Source of the DNA: Neoechinorhynchus agilis
Lineage: Eukaryota > Animalia > Acanthocephala
Length of the DNA: 64,000 nucleotides
Assembly: GCA_051530055.1 (NCBI GenBank)
Contig: CM121341.1
Coordinates: forward strand, 1,674,001 to 1,738,000
Direction: 5' to 3'
In this document: positions 57,773-64,000 of the stretch, in pieces
Numbering within the stretch: the stretch's first letter is position 1
Layout of the letters: every line of letters starts with the position of its first letter
The notes under the pieces: generated by a model
The model's input: the letters and a program-made list of their open reading frames with translations, nothing else
Database searches by the model: none
Told to the model about the DNA's origin: nothing
Translations under genes and position numbers: made by a program

Positions 57773-57814
57773 ATTGAAAATTTTCGGCCATATCGTTGGC
57801 CTTCTTCAGTCAAT
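57773..57814 (-). ncRNA. Intact Penelope-type minimal hammerhead; predicted cleavage between 57778 and 57777
   Basis: ATTGA-CTGAAGA-A-GGCCA(ACGATA)TGGCC-GAAA-AT-T-T-TCAAT. Stems I and II are perfect and stem III is the palindrome AATT. It is flanked by a 21-bp inverted repeat (57736-57756/57820-57840, 1 mismatch). Confidence 0.8.
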
Positions 57815-58129
57815 TGCTTATCAAATATCGCTAATTGAAACTGAAACTATAATGAATAATTTCTTTACAACCCCTGTTTTTTATATGCCAAATGATTAAT
57901 TTTTATGATTTTTTTGAAAATGTCATAACGGTGGAATATTAAGATCGATTCAATTGTTTTCACGGATATAATGCGAATCATAAAATCAGAGGTCTAGAAG
58001 TTACAAAAGACAATTTATTTATTAAATACATGCAAGTAAAGTCTTCAATCCGTTAAAAAAGCTTTGATTAGCTTAGCCCATGAAGTTCAAGGTAGAAGAA
58101 TTGTACCGAATATTTCATGCCTCTAGCTT

Positions 58130-58300
58130 GACGATATCTCAAAAAATTCATCGTTTTGAAGAATCTTTCAACGAATGATTGGGATTCACAACGACAGCGG
58201 CATCCCGAGAAATCCTTCGTTTTAAAGAATCCCCCCACCCCAACGAAGGATTGGGATGCCCAAGAATACGGCATCCTGAGAAATCCGAAGTTATATTTGT
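58130..58300 (+). repeat. About 2.5 diverged tandem copies of a ~70-bp unit
   Basis: CGGCATCC(C/T)GAGAAATCC and AACGAA(T/G)GATTGGGAT each occur twice. Confidence 0.55.
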
Positions 58301-59039
58301 CGCTTCCTTGAAATTTTCAAAGCTAAGGTTTATTTCAATAAATTGATCAAAAGTTGTCATAGCGACCAAGTCATGCGATTGCAAGCGATTGGTTTTTTCT
58401 CTTATTCGCAAATATTTTGCCTTATTGATACAGAGTGTAACAGCGAAGAGTTAATGAGTTCTATAATTTCCTCTGCAATTCGGGGCCATCTTCACAACGG
58501 ACGGCATTTCCACTGGATCTTCGGCATTCAACTAAAACCCAATCGGAAATGGGCGTAGCTATATAATTATAGTCCTCTGAAACTTCGAATATATTTGAAT
58601 AATTCTGACGGAGTAAGATTTGGCATTATATTCCGATGGATAGCTCTTTTCGCATCTCGACTTCAACCGAAACGCCCACATCGAAATGTTCATTTTGGGA
58701 GTTCTGTTCGTCGCAGCTCCTTTAAAGCTTTTTAAACTCAGGGTTTTTTTTAATAAATTGATAAAAAGTTATCATAGCGAACAATTGGCGAAATCAGTCG
58801 ATTTAAAGCAATTTGCAAGCTGATTCTGTGAAGAATAGACAATATTTTTTAGCTCTAACAGTACTTTGTAGATTTCATTGTTTTTATTAACTCCTTTTTG
58901 AACGGCAGCTACAAACACCCTAACAAGGAACTCCTTTTCAACAAGACAACTTTTGCTGCTGTCCGTTTCCCCAGCCTTTTGATTTACAGCCATTCAATCA
59001 CAATGATTCCGAGTCAGGACAGAGCCCAAGGACGATGTA

Positions 59040-59400
59040 AAGAATGAAACAAAAACCTTGTTAAGGAAGAGTAGGATAACAGGATGACGACCGGTATTCG
59101 GAGCAATTTGCATATTTTATCGACTCTCCCGGACAATCCTTTTTTGTATGACTTCCAGCACATAGAAGGCACCTAGCTTTATGTGGGCAATTAGAAGCCA
59201 TATGACCCCAGCGGGAGCATCTTTGACAAATAATAAGGCTAAAGTCATAAATTGACCCTTTAAGGGCAGAAAAGGTAACCCAGTGCGATCTAATCCCTAG
59301 TCCCGAGCCACGGATTTTTCAGCGATATTTAGAGGAGCTGAGCACGTTAGGTCATGGGGTTCAGAGTTAGGATGTCTTTTGAAATATTTTATTGGAGAAA
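59040..59400 (-). mobile_element. Non-LTR ORF1 (gag-like) remnant with tandem zinc knuckles
   Basis: CQRCSRWGHMASNC, CLLCAGSHTKKDC and a decayed third knuckle (ANCSEY...SC), as in Jockey/I/R1-type ORF1. Confidence 0.75.
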
Positions 59401-60059
59401 TCCCGAATTCTTTTTGGATATCCGCAAATTCCTCCTGAGAAAGGTCAGTGGGGGTTATACATAAGGAATGTCACTCTACGTGACATATCAACGCACTTAA
59501 TATGTAGCTCTTTAAGCATTTTCAAGAATAACTCTTTACCCAATATGGAAGCAAACTTGGTGCTGAAAAAGCTTTTTAAATTGTAGTTCTTTTTGAAGCG
59601 TAACCTTTAGGAAGAAGAAACTTTGAGAAGAATGACTTGGTCAGGAATGAGGGAGTACGGTCTCCCGATTCTTCCTTAACAATTTTGATAAGTCTTCTTT
59701 TCTGGTAAGTCGTTTGAAACCTTTCATGGATTGTGAAGAGGAATTGTGGGAGGGAAAAATGGTGGAATGATCTATGGAAGATCTAACTGTCTCACATTCA
59801 CGCAACATGGAGGAAACAACGGCCGGATCGTATTGACCGATTCCCGTCTCACACATACTCGCACTCCTCCTCCTCCTCCACTATCATTCAGAGGATCCGG
59901 ATCTTGCAAAAAGCTCTTTTATTGCTGAGCGCAATTTTTATCAACACTAAAACTACGCGCTGCAAACATGTTTGAGATACGTTTATTATTTATTTATTTA
60001 TTCAGCCACACACAATAGACACAATACAAATACTGGTTAACAAACCAAATGGTCATCGG

Positions 60060-60088
60060 AAAGCTGGAATTTGGTGGGAGGTGGTGAA
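60060..60088 (+). mobile_element. Very short CRE 3'-terminal fragment
   Basis: AAAGCTGGAATTTGGTGGGAGGTGGTGA matches the CRE 3' end at about 52334-52361. Confidence 0.5.
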
Positions 60089-60411
60089 TGTAAAGAAAAG
60101 TAACTTTTTCTCATTGACAAAATCTTCAACTAAATCTAAAGATCAATAAATTTGAATAGTAAAAGTATATGTCATGTTGTTTATGAACCCGTCACGTCAC
60201 GTGTCCGCTCTCCTTATCCCAGGTAACACCTACGGTTTCTTCTTTATATATTAGAAAATAGTTAAACACTCGCTACTTCATAACAACATTCAATGTTGCC
60301 AAAAGTCATCATAAGTTGAACGCTGCAAAAATAGGATTGTCTGTGCAACAACTCGGTCACTTCCCTTAATTTGACATTTCAACAATCAGCGCAACATTCC
60401 AAGAAACTTCA

Positions 60412-60726
60412 ATGGCCCGCAGCAAATCCAATGATTCAAAATTTTATGATATAATGCAACATCTAATGTTAATCTCCGATGGAATTTGCCCAAATTATAC
60501 CGCAAACAGTTCATGCGATCAAAATTGCTCATTAAAGCACGGACTTGTTTGTATGATTTGCTATTTTTATGCACTGGATTCCGATGATTCAAACCAAAAA
60601 AATCGCACTACTTCGAATGTTACAAAAACCTTGAAAATATATCAAATTTACGATGCGAGTTCAGCAAAGACGCGGAGTGTTGCGTGTGCTTGCAAACCTA
60701 CTGATTCGGAGCAATACGTTTTTTGA
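60412..60726 (+). CDS. Small ORF with a CCCH-like motif; possibly an exon of an unrecognised gene
   Basis: CPNYTANSSCDQNCSLKH has C-x8-C-x3-C-x3-H spacing. No further support. Confidence 0.25.
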   Translation: MARSKSNDSKFYDIMQHLMLISDGICPNYTANSSCDQNCSLKHGLVCMICYFYALDSDDSNQKNRTTSNVTKTLKIYQIYDASSAKTRSVACACKPTDSEQYVF

Positions 60727-61039
60727 AATTATGAACTGTTTCCGGAATTGTCTATGTCTACAATGCGTTCGTTCGTGGTTTGAGGAGGAGGATAAATATA
60801 CTTGCCCAATTTGCCGGTGAATCCCGGATTCTATTTTCGACAGTATTTTGTGGCCCTCAAAAGAGAATGAACGATCGGCTTTAATAAAGGTCTTGCATGA
60901 AATCGATGTGGCAAATCAAAAAGTTGACGGTAAAATCAATGCAGAAGCTTTTTGAGGTGATAAAAGTTGCCATGGATAAAAGTAAATACGTTAAATTGAA
61001 CTTAATCCTCTCAACTTCGGAACTGATACAAGGATCTTT

Positions 61040-61970
61040 CCTGATTTATCGAGTACTCGTACCAGACGCCCGCCAGAAGTTTGGAGACGATAAGGGGGAG
61101 GAGATGTCAAGAGTAATCCCCGAAAGAATCATATACGTAGTGCATGTGAACATAGGTTGTGAACGTGTGTGGGGTGTGCGCGCTACATCGAATAAAACAT
61201 GACATCTGGTGGCAGCGGTGGGATTCGAACCCAGGCCCTTTCGGACCAGTATGTGGAGCAGGACGAAGAATGGAAAGATTACACACTTCAGTTGGAACAA
61301 CATTTCGAGTGGTGCCAAGTAAAGGAGTCAGCTTGTAAAAAGTCATGCCTGCTGTCGTGGATCGGTGCAAAACCGTTCCGCCAATTGACGAAAGTCCTAA
61401 CAAGAGACAAATTGAAGGATGTGTCCTACTAGCAGATAGTGGAAGCTACGGGTAAGCTAGTGGGAGCAGTCGAACATGAAGTAACGGCTAGATTTAAATT
61501 TGGTATGATAAAGATGAAAGAAGATCAAACGTATGCGGAATGGATCGCAGAGTTAAAAGGTGCAGGCGAAAATTGTAAATTCTATAAAGAAGAAACAAAA
61601 ACGGAGGCTGATGCTTTATCCGAACGGATGCGCGATCATGTAGTGCTAAACACGCCGTACGATGCCGTCCGGAGAGCGGCGCTCCAAATCGAAAACCTAA
61701 CCTTCGAAAACCTTCAGAAGATAGCGTTCAGATACGAGTCCACCTCAAAAGCTATAGAAATAATGCCGTCGAACAAAGCAGTAGAAGCCGAAAGAGCGAT
61801 ATTCGAAGTCAAGAGGCGAAACGACGAAGATGAGAACCGGAAGGTGGATTCGCGAAGTAGACGAGACACGCAAGGGATTTTTAACAAATGGAAAAGCGTC
61901 TGTTGTGAACGTGTGTGGGGTGTGCGCGCTACATCGAATAAAACATGACAAATGGTGCCTTGAAACCGAT
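61040..61970 (+). mobile_element. Gypsy-type LTR element junction: pol end, PPT (61092-61104), 100-bp LTR (61105-61204), PBS (61207-61250), gag remnant, partial second LTR (61902-61950) and a second PBS-like motif (61953-61967)
   Basis: STRTRRPPEVW* pol tail, AAGGGGGAGGAGA, LTR TGTCA...TGACA with AATAAA, and gag WKDYTLQLEQHF...ARFKF...EDQTYAEWIAELK...RMRDHVV. Confidence 0.88.
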
Positions 61971-62648
61971 AAAATATGAATCCTGACAGTTTTGATAGCT
62001 GTTATTTCGCCAATGATATGTTTCAAAAAATAACTGACTAGAAGCTTCAAAAAATATACATCCTCGATGTGAAGAAAATGTGACTTGTTCTCTCTTTAAA
62101 TTCCATTTAACATAATTATGTTTTGAAAAAATTTGGAAATGAAAGGCTTTCCGAAACACAAATTCGTTCATCCTTTGATTTATGCGGTGATCACAATTGC
62201 TTATGAAATGACACTCGAGATGTTTTAAATTTGAAGCTATGTATTTTTAACCTTTTTTAGTCTTCCCAATATCTGTAAGTAAATATTTATTTGAATCCAT
62301 TTTATTCAATAAATATTCCTATTTTTTCGCTAAATACTAAACAAAACAAACTTGTATAAATTTTTAACGCTCCAGAATATTAAATCATTTTTTAAATCTT
62401 AAGTGCCTACAAATACCCCTAAAAATTATTTGCTTAATAGGCGACAAGTGAAAATCAATGCCCATTTGAAACACTTGATTTTAATTTTTTTATTTAAGCA
62501 CATCAAAAAACAGTGACAGCTTGTTCGATCACTCTTCATTTTTTATAAACTTTTCATTTTCGCAAATTTCGATATTCCCATTTTGAGCATCCTGGTTTAT
62601 TTTCCTGCCGAGTTAATCGTTTCTTCTTTATTTAGCCTCCGTATTTCT

Positions 62649-64000
62649 TCAGTTCTGTTCATCTGAATTATTTTCACTGTCTTTATCTTCTTTATCATTT
62701 ACAATGGTGACAGCTTCAATATGCACTTTACTATTGGCCAATGACTTCATAATAAAGGCCATGTCTTTGTTATTAGTGTTCAGTGTATCGGCATTCAATT
62801 TTAAGATCTCCATATCATCATCGCCCATTAGAAACTCTTCCATAAAAGTTTCATCGCCGATATCCTGCCATTGTTCGTCTTTGTGGCAGGTAAACCATTC
62901 AGGAATTTTCTGCTCCTTTTCGGGCTTTTGGATAACAATAGTAAATTTTTCCGGAATCGGCGGCATCTCTTCCTCACGTTCCAACGCAAAGACAACGTCT
63001 TCGATATCTTCTATATCGCCGGGCTCTCCTTCAACTTTGTTCTTTTTTATGTAATCCCTTTGAGCTGGACGCAGATAAGTCCATAAATAACTGGGAATAT
63101 TTGAATTATCTCGATGTCGTGGCCGCAAAGAAGCATTCTTAATTCCGCCCTTTGTACATTTTCGAAGTTCACTGTTTGTTTGGTCGTCGGCGCGGATGCT
63201 CAATTCCACAATGACTGGGACCTTTTCCTCGTGGTCGCCGTTTTTCCGGTTGATATATAGTTTAGTCGAGAGAAGATGATCTTTTTTCGGCTGGGTTTTT
63301 AAAGCTTCTCCCTCATCAATTGGTTTATCCGCCTCAAAGGTATGATTAGGTGCATTAAATGTATTTGGGATCCTTTGTAGTTGATGTGGCAGCAGAAATC
63401 CCGAAGGAAATTGATTAACACCGGTTGCACCGCACCCTAATCCATAAGCCGCATTGGGTTGATTTAATGGATAAATTTGTCCAACTTGATTCCCCAAAGA
63501 TAATGCCTGCATATTGGCGATAAGTTGAGGCATTGGCTGTATTGTTTGTCCAAAAGGTAATTGGGTGAATCGTTGGGATGGGAAGCCACCAATCATGTTA
63601 ACATTTTGAATGCCGCCGAAATTGATCGATTGGCCGATAGCAGTATTGGTTGTTGTTTGTGGTTGTTGTAGCGTGGGATTTTGGTGATTCTGGATGAATT
63701 GAGCCCTTTGGCTCCCTGAATCGTTGAAGTGTCCCGCTGTGTTTATAGCACTATTAAGTGTCGCAGTTTGAAATCTTGAAGTTGACTCTTCTTCGTGCCC
63801 ATTTCCGCGAGGCGAATTTAATTGAAGAGCTCTCTGTACGCTTCTGGCACGATTTTGATAATTTGCACCTTCTACATTTGTGCCACTATTTGCAGAATTT
63901 TTGTTTTGGTGTCCGGACCGAAATACCGAGTATGTTGCACTGTTGCTCCTCGAAAGTTCATTTTTGCTTCGATCAGGTTGATAGCGAGCGAGAGGTGCCG
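62649..64000 (-). CDS. Copy 3 of the 540-aa PYM-like ORF, 5' end beyond the window edge
   Basis: Reverse complement of about 46458-47809, sharing the intact-frame alleles of copy 2. The 3' flank 61975-62648 also matches. Confidence 0.8.
   Translation of the reverse strand, partial: APLARYQPDRSKNELSRSNSATYSVFRSGHQNKNSANSGTNVEGANYQNRARSVQRALQLNSPRGNGHEEESTSRFQTATLNSAINTAGHFNDSGSQRAQFIQNHQNPTLQQPQTTTNTAIGQSINFGGIQNVNMIGGFPSQRFTQLPFGQTIQPMPQLIANMQALSLGNQVGQIYPLNQPNAAYGLGCGATGVNQFPSGFLLPHQLQRIPNTFNAPNHTFEADKPIDEGEALKTQPKKDHLLSTKLYINRKNGDHEEKVPVIVELSIRADDQTNSELRKCTKGGIKNASLRPRHRDNSNIPSYLWTYLRPAQRDYIKKNKVEGEPGDIEDIEDVVFALEREEEMPPIPEKFTIVIQKPEKEQKIPEWFTCHKDEQWQDIGDETFMEEFLMGDDDMEILKLNADTLNTNNKDMAFIMKSLANSKVHIEAVTIVNDKEDKDSENNSDEQN

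Noticed and set aside
58148-58993. Further TFIIS-N-like repeat gene on the minus strand
   Set aside because: Fragments such as KVLLELKNI and ALKELRRTEL are suggestive but too broken to call without a profile search.
61207-61250. tRNA-Leu gene on the minus strand
   Set aside because: Only the 3' half is present, it includes CCA and it sits 2 nt after an LTR, so it is a PBS.

Overview
AT-rich, repeat-dense eukaryotic nuclear DNA with very short (40-53 nt) GT-AG introns. The species cannot be identified from sequence alone. Recognisable host genes are few: an intact 4-exon METTL3 (minus, 25920-27333) and a TMEM208/SND2-like frame interrupted by one TGA. Most of the window is decayed retroelements: CRE-clade RLE elements (two copies plus fragments), four Ty3/Gypsy remnants, RTE, L2/CR1-like, a Penelope GIY-YIG fragment and a non-LTR ORF1 zinc-knuckle remnant. 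It also holds three unrelated satellites (about 450, 118 and 251 bp units) and a pair of inverted foldback palindromes. Two things stand out. (1) The window is rich in self-cleaving-ribozyme motifs. These include an apparently intact, non-circularly permuted (strand order B-A-C) hammerhead at 49187-49251 (minus) next to a tRNA-like B-box, with decayed relatives elsewhere. There are also Penelope-type minimal hammerheads (one intact at 57773-57814, one embedded in a satellite), a twister remnant at the 5' end of an RTE and an HDV-like candidate. (2) A recently amplified cassette occurs three times. It carries an intronless 540-aa ORF with a PYM/Mago-binding-like N-terminus and the start of a TFIIS-N-like helical-repeat gene; the two copies whose upstream flank is visible are preceded by a 251-bp satellite and a CCAAT-type promoter. 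All structures and homologies were assessed by eye, and no database searches were run.
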